Shown here piece by piece: positions 37,681-38,200 of a DNA stretch of 38,200 nucleotides. Within the stretch, counting starts at the first letter, position 1, and each line of letters starts with the position of its first letter. The stretch is from positions 1-38,200 of IMG/VR virus record IMGVR_UViG_3300046786_001136; one strand, given 5' to 3'. This DNA comes from a virus. Lineage: Duplodnaviria > Caudoviricetes. The notes under the pieces were generated by a model. The model did no database searches, was not told the DNA's origin, and worked only from the letters and a program-made list of their open reading frames with translations. The position numbers and the translations under genes are program-made.

Positions 37681-38052
37681 ATGGCAGAAATGTATAAACC
37701 CACAGAGGGTATGGCTAGTGCAGCCAAACGTGCACTTAAATGGCACGAAGAAGGTAAACCAGGCGGTACTTTAGTTGGTTTAGCACGAGCCAATCAATTA
37801 AAGAATCGTGAAAATCTATCTGCTTCTACAGTACTACGAATGTTTTCATTCTTTAGTCGTCATGAAGTAGACAAAAAAGCAACAGGCTTTAACAGTGGAG
37901 AAGAAGGTTTTCCATCAAAAGGTCGAGTAGCTTGGGATATGTGGGGCGGCGATGGTGGCTTTAGTTGGAGTCGTCAAAAACGAGATCAGATTATGGCAGA
38001 ACGCGCACTACTTGTACATGAAATTATTAAACTTCAAGATTCTGTAAAATAA
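37681..38052 (+). CDS. Conserved-looking phage hypothetical protein
   Basis: GGT.VG.ARA.QL, RM.SFF.RH and G.VAW..WGG..G..W motifs, which I recall from phage head-associated proteins. Function unknown. Confidence 0.55.
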   Translation: MAEMYKPTEGMASAAKRALKWHEEGKPGGTLVGLARANQLKNRENLSASTVLRMFSFFSRHEVDKKATGFNSGEEGFPSKGRVAWDMWGGDGGFSWSRQKRDQIMAERALLVHEIIKLQDSVK

Positions 38053-38055
38053 AAG

Positions 38056-38089
38056 AAAAGCCCCGTATAGCAATATACGGGGCTTTTTT
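38056..38089. terminator. Bidirectional rho-independent terminator
   Basis: AAAAGCCCCGTATA-GCAA-TATACGGGGCTTTT: 14-bp stem, GNRA loop and A/T runs on both sides, between convergent genes. Confidence 0.93.
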
Positions 38090-38090
38090 G

Positions 38091-38198
38091 TTAATTACGA
38101 TTTGTAATATGCCAAGCACTTTGAAATAATACTTGTAGTGCTTCGTACGGATTTGTAAGTATAATAATACCTACGTTATCTATATTTGTGCCAGATTT
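38091..38198 (-). CDS. 3' end of a convergent minus-strand gene (partial)
   Basis: Open frame ...KSGTNIDNVGIIILTNPYEALQVLFQSAWHITNRN* stops at 38091-38093, right beside the terminator. Confidence 0.5.
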   Translation of the reverse strand, partial: KSGTNIDNVGIIILTNPYEALQVLFQSAWHITNRN

Positions 38199-38200
38199 GA

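Noticed and set aside
1-38200. Alternative genetic code, tRNAs, introns/inteins or IS elements
   Set aside because: Genes tile densely under the standard code using all three stop codons, intergenic gaps are short, and no such signatures were seen.

Overview
This window is part of an AT-rich tailed dsDNA bacteriophage genome. Almost all genes are on the + strand and tightly coupled. The host is probably Gram-negative, given the i-/o-spanin pair, the GH19 endolysin and two consensus sigma70 promoters. Layout: (1) 1-10.8 kb, a siphovirus-like tail-tip operon (DUF1833-like protein, a fused NlpC/P60-gpI-gpJ-like protein, two repeat-rich fibre/adhesin proteins) closed by a terminator. (2) 10.9-23.8 kb, a separately promoted fibre/appendage operon with T4 gp36/gp37-like docking motifs, a 2035-aa CBM5/12-like repeat adhesin and two paralogous glycine-rich-domain proteins of about 10% Cys. 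(3) 23.9-30.4 kb, an enzyme cassette: GT9-like glycosyltransferase, NodU/CmcH carbamoyltransferase, split HldC/HldA, cupin, HAD phosphatase, RfaD/HldD epimerase, heme oxygenase and a PcyX-like bilin reductase. (4) 30.4-36.9 kb, lysis genes followed by about ten uncharacterised exported or membrane proteins. (5) phoH under its own promoter, a hypothetical gene and a bidirectional terminator. The best candidate for a new system is the coupled Cys-rich fibre, NDP-heptose/GT9/carbamoyltransferase and heme-to-bilin region, which may chemically decorate the virion or remodel host LPS. All functional calls come from motif recognition by eye; no database searches were run.
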